Shown here: one piece after another, positions 8,601-18,172 of the stretch
How positions within the stretch are numbered: position 1 is the first letter of the stretch
How the letters are laid out: each line of letters opens with the position of its first letter
Origin: a virus
Taxonomy: Duplodnaviria > Caudoviricetes
IMG/VR virus record: IMGVR_UViG_3300031994_000044
Span: 42,308-106,307 of that record
Strand: one strand, 5' to 3'
DNA length: 64,000 nt
Position numbers and translations under genes: made by a program
The notes under the pieces: generated by a model
Told to the model about the DNA's origin: nothing
Seen by the model: the letters and a program-made list of their open reading frames with translations, nothing else
Database searches by the model: none

Positions 8601-9089
8601 ATGAAATACACTAAAGCAACTGATGAAACCATGGAAATGGTTAAAGACATTTCAAGCAAATTGGGGCTTGATGTTTATGGAGTGGTATTTGAACCAATTT
8701 ATGTTAAAAAAGCCAAAGAAGTATGTAAGGTTGTTAAAGCAAATGATTTTACACAATATAAAACCAATGAGGATTTATTGGTGTTTGTTGTTTGTTATGA
8801 AGATTTTTTTGAAGGTATTGACCCTATGGGCCATGCATATGCAAGTGAAACTGATAAATATAAAGCACTTAGATTGGCAATGGAACAAGTTTCTTTTAAT
8901 CCTGAAAAAGATAAACTAATAATTGGATGTGATTCTGTTGTTTTACCCATAGGGTATTGTTTAGCAAACGAAGACGCTGTTAAATCTGCTTTTTACAATG
9001 CGACTATTTTGTCTAAGATACAGCAAGATAAGAAAGATGAAGAAGAACGAAGAAAAGCGCTTAAAACAAACACAAAGAAAAAGAATTAA
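8601..9089 (+). CDS. Hypothetical protein
   Basis: 162-aa ORF with an A-rich leader, the TTTGTATATT motif upstream and a terminator downstream. Confidence 0.75.
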   Translation: MKYTKATDETMEMVKDISSKLGLDVYGVVFEPIYVKKAKEVCKVVKANDFTQYKTNEDLLVFVVCYEDFFEGIDPMGHAYASETDKYKALRLAMEQVSFNPEKDKLIIGCDSVVLPIGYCLANEDAVKSAFYNATILSKIQQDKKDEEERRKALKTNTKKKN

Positions 9090-9091
9090 TT

Positions 9092-9122
9092 AAAAAAGGG
9101 TGGCGAAAATCGTCACCCTTTG
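9092..9122. terminator. Terminator hairpin between convergent genes
   Basis: AAAAAAGGGTGGCGA-AAA-TCGTCACCCTTTT. Confidence 0.75.
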
Positions 9123-9147
9123 ATTTTTATTAACTTTGGTGTATTGA

Positions 9148-10410
9148 TTACCATTCACCACAGTCAATTACTATTGCACTTAAATCAAGTGTTGCAGTAC
9201 CGCCAGTGGTGTAATTAGCAATAACACCGCATTGTGTGGATTGAGTACCAGTTGATGAGGCACCTGTACCTGTTAACTCAAAGCCTTGTAATGCTTCATT
9301 CCACTTTGTTTTATCAGCAGTTGTTACATGGACATTGGTATCACCTATATGTTGTGTTATTGCAGTAGCAGCATCGTTCCAAGTTGTTTTGTCTGTTGTT
9401 GTTACGTGAATTGTAGTATCAGCAGTATGTGCTGTTACTGTTGTATATGCTGCATAACCTGAAGCGGCGTTAGTTCTAATCTCAGCAAGGTCTGTAATGG
9501 CATCTTGTTTACCACTCCATGTTGTTTTGTCTTCAGCTGTTACGTGGATTATGGTATTAGCAGTATGTGCTGTTAATGTATCGTTAATACCTTGTACAGT
9601 ACCTGTTGTTGCATAAGTTGCACTTAATGCATCAATCTCACCATTAACATACTCTTTTGTTGCATATGTACTTAAATCAATTGTACCACCAAGTGCATCC
9701 CATCCACTACCGGTCCATGCATAATTGGTTCCCGCTGGTGTATCACCATGTGCTGCAACAACATTCCAAACGTCACCAGTTTTATTATCAGTAGATGGTA
9801 ATTCTCCATAAGTGGCTTTTGAACCTTTATATGTATAAACTGTTGAAAGTGTATCATAGACATAATTTGCAATATAACCACTAACAGTATCTGTATAAGC
9901 TGTTGCATCAGTATATGCTTTAGAAGATGCTGTATTCGCATAAGTTACAGCGTTATTATATGCATTGCCAGAACCTGCATTTGCATATTCTATTGTTGCA
10001 TAATTGTATTCTTCAATCTGAGTTTTAACGTCATCTGTTGTTAAGTGTATTGTACTATCACCAGTATGTGCATACAATGCAGTTGCAATATAACCACTAA
10101 CGGTATCTGTATAACCATTTGCGTCTGTTACCGCTTCGGTATAAGCATTAGCAGAAGCACCATTTACATATTCTATGGTAGCATAAGTGCCTGTTAAGGC
10201 TTGTGTAATCATATTAGCAACAGCAGCACTTTCAATAAAAATAGCCTGTGATGCGGATTCATCATTACTACCAGTTTTAATTATCAACTGTGCGTTACCA
10301 TCGGCTGAGTGTTTTACAGCAATTTCACCGATTTTCAATTCAGATAATTGGCTTGAGCCAAACTCGGTCGTACCATGATAATTAATTAATTTTTGCGATT
10401 TTCTTGCCAT
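9148..10410 (-). CDS. Tail fibre-like structural protein
   Basis: T/A/G-rich. N-terminal 'GEIAV' motif, four H-x-x-(D/N)-x-x-(I/V)H repeats, duplicated 'YTDTVSGYIA', C-terminal IDCGEW. Late motif upstream. Confidence 0.7.
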   Translation of the reverse strand: MARKSQKLINYHGTTEFGSSQLSELKIGEIAVKHSADGNAQLIIKTGSNDESASQAIFIESAAVANMITQALTGTYATIEYVNGASANAYTEAVTDANGYTDTVSGYIATALYAHTGDSTIHLTTDDVKTQIEEYNYATIEYANAGSGNAYNNAVTYANTASSKAYTDATAYTDTVSGYIANYVYDTLSTVYTYKGSKATYGELPSTDNKTGDVWNVVAAHGDTPAGTNYAWTGSGWDALGGTIDLSTYATKEYVNGEIDALSATYATTGTVQGINDTLTAHTANTIIHVTAEDKTTWSGKQDAITDLAEIRTNAASGYAAYTTVTAHTADTTIHVTTTDKTTWNDAATAITQHIGDTNVHVTTADKTKWNEALQGFELTGTGASSTGTQSTQCGVIANYTTGGTATLDLSAIVIDCGEW

Positions 10411-10505
10411 TTTTTATTCTTTTTGTTTAGTTTATTATCATTATAATTATAAATAGTGTAAATTTTAGAAAAAAAAAATTAAGACTTTTTTTTAACTTTT
10501 TAACA

Positions 10506-11717
10506 TCATTGTTTTACACCATTGATATAAAGTCCGTCTTTTTTAATTTCCAATTTTCCGCTTCCATCAGAATTTGATAATTTGATTGTTCCATTTATTA
10601 ATGAAATAAAGGACCCACTTTTATCCAAATATTTAAAACCATTATTAGCCAATGTTAAACCTTGGTTTGATTCTGTAGTTTTTAACTTGTTTTCTGAAGA
10701 CAATATCCTAATATTATATGTATCCTCACCAATCCTTGAAATAATATCATAAGTTCCATCTTCATTATCAATTGTTTCTGTTTCAAGAACTGTTTCATTT
10801 TCTGCCATGGCTGATTTTCTATTTATTACGGTTTCTTGTGAATCTTCTCGTGCATTGTCGTTAAAAAGTTCAATTCCTGGAATATAACGCTCGACTTCTT
10901 CGGCAAGTTCCATGACATTATCTGATAAGCCAATAATTCTTTGGTTTATATCAACGATTTCATTGTTTAATGAATTATTTATATCTTCAATTCTACCATT
11001 TTGGGCTGATATATCTGCTCTTAAATTGGTGATATCATCTGTATTGCGTTCAACTCTATCATTTATTGTTCTTTCAAATTCACGAATTTCAGTACCTTCA
11101 ATAAGTTCTTGCAAAGCACTTATTGGTATTTCGTTATTGATTGTGGTCATAATGTCTTCGGTAGCTTGATTGGTAATATCAGTCAATCTACGGTTAATAA
11201 TATTATTGGTGTTATCGGCCAATTCCTTTTGCGCTTGTCTTACTCTGGCGTTAACATCACGGTTAAATATTTCCAATGTTTGGTTTACTGAAGCCTTAAA
11301 ATTGTTTACATCACTTTTTACATCTTGGGTTGTGTCAGAAACTTCAACAACAATATAATTTTTTAATTTATCTAAAACTTCTTTGTCAATAGCATTATTA
11401 TCTTGTGGCAAAGTTGCCCCGTCCTTACCAGTTAACATTATATATGATTTATTGCTATTGTCAGGGTGATAATAATTTGAATAATCGCCTTCAATATGTA
11501 TTGAAAAATTTTCATAAATCAAATTACTTAATTGGTTAAAATAATCTTCATAAGTTGAAGCGTCCCATGTTGAAATTTCTCCGACAATTTGTTCCAAATC
11601 GCTATTGGCGGTTATTCTATTGGCTATACATGGGCCATTTGTTTTTGGAGTCCATAAATAGCCATAATCAGTATCGGTTATCTTCCAACTAAAAACTATT
11701 GTATTGTTATTTGCCAT
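10506..11717 (-). CDS. Virion structural protein with coiled coil (baseplate/fibre-associated)
   Basis: Central heptad-rich segment and a beta-rich C-terminus; last gene of the structural operon. Confidence 0.55.
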   Translation of the reverse strand: MANNNTIVFSWKITDTDYGYLWTPKTNGPCIANRITANSDLEQIVGEISTWDASTYEDYFNQLSNLIYENFSIHIEGDYSNYYHPDNSNKSYIMLTGKDGATLPQDNNAIDKEVLDKLKNYIVVEVSDTTQDVKSDVNNFKASVNQTLEIFNRDVNARVRQAQKELADNTNNIINRRLTDITNQATEDIMTTINNEIPISALQELIEGTEIREFERTINDRVERNTDDITNLRADISAQNGRIEDINNSLNNEIVDINQRIIGLSDNVMELAEEVERYIPGIELFNDNAREDSQETVINRKSAMAENETVLETETIDNEDGTYDIISRIGEDTYNIRILSSENKLKTTESNQGLTLANNGFKYLDKSGSFISLINGTIKLSNSDGSGKLEIKKDGLYINGVKQ

Positions 11718-11723
11718 TGTAAA

Positions 11724-14645
11724 TCAATTTTCTATATTATTTTCAACAAAATATGTGGTTGAATCGCTTGTTATAACACCGTCAGCAACAACGCCGTCAG
11801 TAATTGAACCATTATTAGTCTGTATTCTATCCATTGCTGAGGCTTTTTGTGCTGGTATAACTTGTTTGCTATACAAAAACTTATAATTTAAAATTGCTGT
11901 TGAAGGTATCATTTCATTCAAATATTTAAAAACAGTGTTTCTAAGATAATCTTCAAAAGGTTTATTATTGTCGGTTCTTATTGCTATTACTAAATTTTTA
12001 ACATTAACAACTGAAAATGCAGCAATATCAAACTCACCTTGTTCAGCATGGGGCCCGTGTTCTTCAGGATTTACAAAATTGTTATAGTTTTCAATGTAAT
12101 CAAGACTATCCATTACTTCTTCTGCTGATTTAGTGGATTTGAAAACGATTTCTGAACTATGACCATCGGTTTCTGAAGGGTAGAAATAATATGTTTTCCT
12201 GTTGTCTTCGATTAAATCACCGATTGAAAAACCTGAAGTGCAAATTGCTTCATAATCTTCGGGATATTCGGTTTTCATATAATCAAATACGCCCTCGTCA
12301 ACTTGTGTACCGAAAAGATGGTTTAATTTCTCAATATAACTGTCGCCATTATCATATTTTCCATAGCCACAATGTGGATTATTTCCTTTTGTATCTAAAC
12401 TTAATGATTCAAGATATAAAACCTTTAAACCATCAAGAGTTTGTGGTTCATCCCCATTAAATTCATAATTCATAATACATTTCCATCCATAGCAAGAGTA
12501 TAAATCATTGTTTACATATCCGATATGGGTTGATAATGCTGTGTTGTATAATATAAAATAATGTGAATAGTCTTTAACTTCTGCTTGGTCTATACTGATT
12601 ACATTAATATGATAATCGGTTTCTGCCGAATATGTGGTATATACCTTTGATATATCTGTTACATAACAAATCATACCCTCATAAATGACATCATTTGATA
12701 ATGAAACCAATTCATCAACGTCATTTACATACATTATATAAGGTAATGTCTCGCCCCATAAATCAAGACAGAAATCATTATATTTATCCTTAATTACTTT
12801 TGCTTCTGTTATGCTTAAATTTATATCTTTTTCATGGATTTTTCCCCATCCACCTTTTTCTTGGAAGTATATGTTGTCAAGATAATTTTCATTACTATTA
12901 ACCCATGGAATTAGATAGTAATCGTCTTCTGTCATTTCTTCTTTATACGGATAAGGAGAAACAACAGCAACAGGAAAGCCTTCCATATTATTCCTATTTC
13001 CAAGAGTATCTGGGTTTCCGTTTTCACCTTCATTATAATATCTAAGACGTGTCATTTCGTTATAATTTGGGAAATTGTTAGCCACACGAATGTATTCCCT
13101 TATGGTATAATCCCCTGTACAATCTAATGTTTCGTTTAATGGGTCTCTATATCTATAACCGAACATACCCATTATTGATTGTATGCCTCGTCTTGTGCCT
13201 TTTTCCGACAAGATATAGTCCTTACTCAAGGCAAATCTTCTCATAAATTCCCCGTTTATCTCATTTACTGAAACAGGCGAAATACCACTAAAGCAATCTT
13301 CTGATGTAATATCAACAACAACACCGTCAATTTCTTCAGTTTTTTGTAATTGATTTATTGATTTTGCTTCAAAACCGCCAAGTTCAACAACATCTGAAAG
13401 GAAATAGTCAGGAAGATTATTTGCACCGTCATAAGTTATATTGTTAACACACTTAATACCGTCGGCATATCTTTTAATATCGTCAAAAACCCTTCCATGT
13501 ATCCTCAACATTGCTTTCATTCTTGAAAAATCAAGGTCTGATGCATCAATATCCTCATCAGTACTGGTTCTTTTGAATGAATAATCCAAATTCTTTATTG
13601 ATTCATGGGTTAGCATTCTCCATATGTTATCAGAGTCATATTCATCATAGTATTCGGCTATATCCAAAAGCGAATTTAAATAGCCCCAAAAGATACTGCT
13701 TGATACATCAGGAACTTCATTGATTATACAAGGCCATGTAAACGGTTTATATTCATAATAATGCTTGCCATCTTTAATATATGGGTTTTCAAGAATTGCT
13801 TTATATATGGGTTTACTTTTCTTATTCAATAAAACCCTTTCAAAATCATCAATTGTTTTCCAAAAATCGTCAAAAAATTCTTTTTTAGGCTCAATTATAA
13901 TACGACCTTCTTCACTTGCCGAATCGGTTAATAAAAATTTTTCACCTTCTGCATTAAGATAAATTGGAAAACTTTCGATGCCAACTAATTCAAACGTACC
14001 AATTATTGTTTCAGGGCAGTCACCTTCAATATAAATTTTAATTTCAATTGAATTACCACTTGCATCAACATAATTTTCATAACTTGCTCCAAGCACCCTC
14101 AAAGGATTTTCGCCATCTTCCACAGTGCAGCCAACAGGTGACCAAAAGTCAATATTAAATTCATTTGATACGACATAGTATGTATTTCCGTTTATTTGAA
14201 CTGTCGGCGTTATTTCTTCACGGCAAACATATAAGCCGCCTGGATATCTCATGATGATATCATTTACTGTTGCTTTTAACAATTCAACAGCCGAACCGTA
14301 ATAAGCAAAATCTTTTATTGATTTATAATTGTTTTTCAATATAATTTCACCATCAGTTGCCATTTGAACAACAGGAAGATTATTCAAAGTCCATACATCG
14401 CCACTTCCATCGTCAAGTTGTGTAAAACCACCGCGTGAATGTTTTTTCTTGCCGTTGTTATACGTGTTTATCTTGAATTTAAAATTAGAATCAGAAAACA
14501 AGGCGACCTCATCATTAAAGATACCATCGTCTTTTATCAAGGTAACATGGTCATTCTCATATATGGTTCCATTAGGGACCGTCATATGTTTCGCCCTTAA
14601 TGTATATATGGACCTACTTTTAACTAAATCATCTTTTCTTGACAT
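11724..14645 (-). CDS. Large virion structural (baseplate-region) protein
   Basis: 973-aa ORF in a tightly packed operon. 'KGTRRGIQSIMGMFG' resembles the KGT motif of baseplate wedge/P2 gpI-like proteins. Confidence 0.6.
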   Translation of the reverse strand: MSRKDDLVKSRSIYTLRAKHMTVPNGTIYENDHVTLIKDDGIFNDEVALFSDSNFKFKINTYNNGKKKHSRGGFTQLDDGSGDVWTLNNLPVVQMATDGEIILKNNYKSIKDFAYYGSAVELLKATVNDIIMRYPGGLYVCREEITPTVQINGNTYYVVSNEFNIDFWSPVGCTVEDGENPLRVLGASYENYVDASGNSIEIKIYIEGDCPETIIGTFELVGIESFPIYLNAEGEKFLLTDSASEEGRIIIEPKKEFFDDFWKTIDDFERVLLNKKSKPIYKAILENPYIKDGKHYYEYKPFTWPCIINEVPDVSSSIFWGYLNSLLDIAEYYDEYDSDNIWRMLTHESIKNLDYSFKRTSTDEDIDASDLDFSRMKAMLRIHGRVFDDIKRYADGIKCVNNITYDGANNLPDYFLSDVVELGGFEAKSINQLQKTEEIDGVVVDITSEDCFSGISPVSVNEINGEFMRRFALSKDYILSEKGTRRGIQSIMGMFGYRYRDPLNETLDCTGDYTIREYIRVANNFPNYNEMTRLRYYNEGENGNPDTLGNRNNMEGFPVAVVSPYPYKEEMTEDDYYLIPWVNSNENYLDNIYFQEKGGWGKIHEKDINLSITEAKVIKDKYNDFCLDLWGETLPYIMYVNDVDELVSLSNDVIYEGMICYVTDISKVYTTYSAETDYHINVISIDQAEVKDYSHYFILYNTALSTHIGYVNNDLYSCYGWKCIMNYEFNGDEPQTLDGLKVLYLESLSLDTKGNNPHCGYGKYDNGDSYIEKLNHLFGTQVDEGVFDYMKTEYPEDYEAICTSGFSIGDLIEDNRKTYYFYPSETDGHSSEIVFKSTKSAEEVMDSLDYIENYNNFVNPEEHGPHAEQGEFDIAAFSVVNVKNLVIAIRTDNNKPFEDYLRNTVFKYLNEMIPSTAILNYKFLYSKQVIPAQKASAMDRIQTNNGSITDGVVADGVITSDSTTYFVENNIEN

Positions 14646-14661
14646 ATTCTAATTTTTAATT

Positions 14662-15516
14662 TTAAATTATATTATCATAATCTTGACCATGGTCAATGTT
14701 GTTTCTCTTTTTCTTGATGTTATATAATGGATTACCCAATCTATCCTTAAGTACATAGTATTCGGCCTGATGATAAATCTCATGGTTTTCATTGTAAGTT
14801 GTTATGATACCATTATCTCTGTCATTTGCTTGGTCACCTTCCAACATATATGAAATCGTATCCTCATCGTGGTCAACTAACTCAATTTCAATCAATTTGG
14901 GACTAAATTTTGTATTAACAACTTTTACTTCAAGTCCAGGTTCACCAATATAAGGTATTGCATTTGGTTTAAATGTAGGGGCTGAAGACGGACTAATTGT
15001 ACAAAAAACAAGATTACTGCTTGTATCAGTAAAATTATATCTTGTCGTTTTTGGATAACCGTCTCCTGTATTAACTACAACAGGTTCACACCTATTGCAA
15101 GATTTTATCAGCCTTGAGATACCATTGCCATAATCAATACGATAGCCAGTCAAATCAGTTAAACCGTTTAATTCGCCTTCACTAATATTTAAAACAACAC
15201 CCTTAACTGATGGATATGCTGCTAAAACGCTGACATCTATGATTTTGGCTGCACATTCCTTTGGTTTAATATAAACGCTATATATACCCTTTTTGTTAAA
15301 ATATTTTAAAGGTAATTTTAAATTATAAAGTCCAATTACAGTTTCTTCATCTTCATTAACACAATGAGATAAGCATTCGCTTGGTATAAGGTCTTTATAG
15401 CCAAGGAAATCATCATCGCTTTCTCCCCTTGTCGGTTTATATTGATAACACATTGTGACATCAATATCCGGATTTATATCAGCAGGTCTTATTGACCCAA
15501 AAACTCCTGTACTCAT
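14662..15516 (-). CDS. Virion structural protein (hypothetical)
   Basis: 284-aa ORF in the structural operon. Confidence 0.6.
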   Translation of the reverse strand: MSTGVFGSIRPADINPDIDVTMCYQYKPTRGESDDDFLGYKDLIPSECLSHCVNEDEETVIGLYNLKLPLKYFNKKGIYSVYIKPKECAAKIIDVSVLAAYPSVKGVVLNISEGELNGLTDLTGYRIDYGNGISRLIKSCNRCEPVVVNTGDGYPKTTRYNFTDTSSNLVFCTISPSSAPTFKPNAIPYIGEPGLEVKVVNTKFSPKLIEIELVDHDEDTISYMLEGDQANDRDNGIITTYNENHEIYHQAEYYVLKDRLGNPLYNIKKKRNNIDHGQDYDNII

Positions 15517-18168
15517 TTATTCTAAATTAAAATAATTATTTCCGTAGTTTTGTAAATCAGCGAATGAATTGCATTCACTTAGTTTAAAATGTTTTTCCCA
15601 TGCGGCGGCATTACCTCTATCAAATGTAATGTCAACATCAACATTGGGGTACTCAATTAAGTTATCAAAACTATCATCTGTATATAAATAGGCCCTTAAT
15701 GAACTTTCTGGTGTCCATTGTGTGCCAACTTCCATTCCTATTATTTTAGATGGAATATATTCCCTATCTGCATTATAGTCATCACTGTGTGCCGTTTCTT
15801 TTGTTAATGAGTATTGTTTACAAAGTATATCAGCATTATAATATCCATCTATAACAGCATTTACAAAGAAGTTAGACTCATAATAATAGGTGTCAACATA
15901 ATGGATACCACTTGTTTCAATATCTTCGCCCTCTGTGGCACCTATAATATATTCTATCATTGCTGTCCCTTTATTGTCTCCATCTTCATCGGAAATTGTA
16001 CAGGCACTAACCATATCATATTTTACAACTTCGGTATCGCCGTCAGTATAAGTTTCTATATTAACTTTCTTTCCAACTTCAAATGGTAAGTTATCCAAAG
16101 TTTTGGGGTGAATTTGCTTATCTATTGGTACGCCTGAACCTATATTGGTAAAACCATTGTTATATTTTACCATGTAATAATACTCTTTGCCTGGTGCTGC
16201 GTCTTCAACGGCATTAGGAACACATGGCAATATTAATATGTTTCTATATTTTGGATTACTCATATCAGAAAAGTCACATTCTTCCCCATCACCACAAATA
16301 ATATTTGAAGTATCACCTGTAACTTCTACACATTCACACCACTCATATGTTCTTGTTATCGTTTGTGTATAATATGTTATTGAAGAAATTGTTCTTATTT
16401 TTCCATCATCAGAATGACCATTAATTTGTTGCGTATCACCTGTGTCTATTGTACTTGCGGAACTAACTTCTTTTATACCAACAACTTGATAACATCCACT
16501 ATGTGTTTTTGGTTTTTCTTCTGGCGTGTCATAAAGTATATTTGGACCAACATTATAAGTTCTGTCAAGATACCATTCTTCTTCACTATTTTGTACATAA
16601 AAATCAATCTTTGTGCGGGTATATCCTATTATTTCAGACTCACTACATTGGCCGCTATAAAATTTGCATTTAAATAATCTTTTACCAAGTGATTCTTGCG
16701 GCGTATTGCCATTGAAATATGGCATTGCTCCATATAAATTACTATCAAAATAATATATATCTCTTCTTTTAATTAAGGTATCTAATTTTGATTCCACTTT
16801 AATTGGATTTGCGGTGAATGAATAAAATGCAGGGGTCAAGGCTGATTCTATTTCACCATCATCACCCTTTTCATATTCCATGGTTGCATCAATAAGTTCA
16901 CCGTCAACACCTACCGAATACTCATAAACAGCATAACTATATTCATTAACGAACTCGTTCTCAATTGCTAAATCAATTTCGATATTTGGTATGGCGAAAT
17001 CAAAATAATAATCTTCAGTCACTTCCTCATAACCACTTACAATTAAATTTCCATCAAAAAGAACAGGTGTTATATCCATCAAGAAATATTTAAACATTTT
17101 ACCACCACGTTTATCCCATTCTTTTTTTATGTCTTCATTTGAATCTAAATATTCTTCATTTTCTTCAAACCATAAAAGATAGTCTTTATAATTAAGATAA
17201 AAAACTGAATTCGGAACTTTACTGCCAGTAATACGTTCACCATTGTATATTTCAGGCACTCTTATTTTACCTAAGATGTATTTTTCAAAATCATATATAA
17301 AGCGCAATGAAACTGGTTTTTCATAGTTACTGTCAAAAACCATTTTTTCCCAATTCTCAACATACAAATAACCATAAAATGTATTCCACCCATTTGTCCA
17401 CCATTCATTCCATTTGTTTTCTTTTTCAAGATAATCATCATAGTTATCTATTATGAAAATTCTGTCATTTTCGGTCATGGTAAACAAATCACCGTTATAT
17501 GTGGAAACATCATCGACATCACCATCAGGGCCAATCACAAATTTTTCCATTTTGGCGATAAATATCTTTTCATCTTCAGGTAATTCGTCTAAATCAATAA
17601 GACTGTTTTCAGTTATATTTTTATATCTAACTGTATTTTCCTCATTATATATGTATTTTCCATTGCTATATTCTTTTAACAGTGATGAATCAACAAGAAC
17701 ACAGTTGAACATTGATTTTTCTTCACTGTCATCAGTGACAAACAAAGATGTCTTGATTAAATCATAATCAGTTACAGCAGAAGCAGAAACGCCACAATTT
17801 TCCAACGGCTCTTCAGGTGAAACACAATCAGTATGTGTTATATCCTCATAATTATAACTTATTCTTTTTAATATTTTACCTTGTTCTATTACTCCAATTG
17901 TGCTGTTATACCATCTAAGTGCATCAAGATACTTTAGCCTTGATAATTCAGTATATTTAACAGTATCAATTTGTGTTTGAGTGTCTTGATTTTTATTGCG
18001 TTGAATTAACACAAAATCACATGGAAACATTCCATAATTACTTTTGCTTGATGTGGAAATAACATAATTTATGGCATTATTCTCATCGTCTTTGGGTATG
18101 TATGATGAGATGCCATTTCTATGACTTATTAAATTATCAAGACATATTTTTTTTCTTATAGTTTCCAT
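15517..18168 (-). CDS. Virion structural protein (hypothetical)
   Basis: 883-aa acidic ORF abutting its neighbours. Confidence 0.6.
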   Translation of the reverse strand: METIRKKICLDNLISHRNGISSYIPKDDENNAINYVISTSSKSNYGMFPCDFVLIQRNKNQDTQTQIDTVKYTELSRLKYLDALRWYNSTIGVIEQGKILKRISYNYEDITHTDCVSPEEPLENCGVSASAVTDYDLIKTSLFVTDDSEEKSMFNCVLVDSSLLKEYSNGKYIYNEENTVRYKNITENSLIDLDELPEDEKIFIAKMEKFVIGPDGDVDDVSTYNGDLFTMTENDRIFIIDNYDDYLEKENKWNEWWTNGWNTFYGYLYVENWEKMVFDSNYEKPVSLRFIYDFEKYILGKIRVPEIYNGERITGSKVPNSVFYLNYKDYLLWFEENEEYLDSNEDIKKEWDKRGGKMFKYFLMDITPVLFDGNLIVSGYEEVTEDYYFDFAIPNIEIDLAIENEFVNEYSYAVYEYSVGVDGELIDATMEYEKGDDGEIESALTPAFYSFTANPIKVESKLDTLIKRRDIYYFDSNLYGAMPYFNGNTPQESLGKRLFKCKFYSGQCSESEIIGYTRTKIDFYVQNSEEEWYLDRTYNVGPNILYDTPEEKPKTHSGCYQVVGIKEVSSASTIDTGDTQQINGHSDDGKIRTISSITYYTQTITRTYEWCECVEVTGDTSNIICGDGEECDFSDMSNPKYRNILILPCVPNAVEDAAPGKEYYYMVKYNNGFTNIGSGVPIDKQIHPKTLDNLPFEVGKKVNIETYTDGDTEVVKYDMVSACTISDEDGDNKGTAMIEYIIGATEGEDIETSGIHYVDTYYYESNFFVNAVIDGYYNADILCKQYSLTKETAHSDDYNADREYIPSKIIGMEVGTQWTPESSLRAYLYTDDSFDNLIEYPNVDVDITFDRGNAAAWEKHFKLSECNSFADLQNYGNNYFNLE

Positions 18169-18172
18169 GTTT

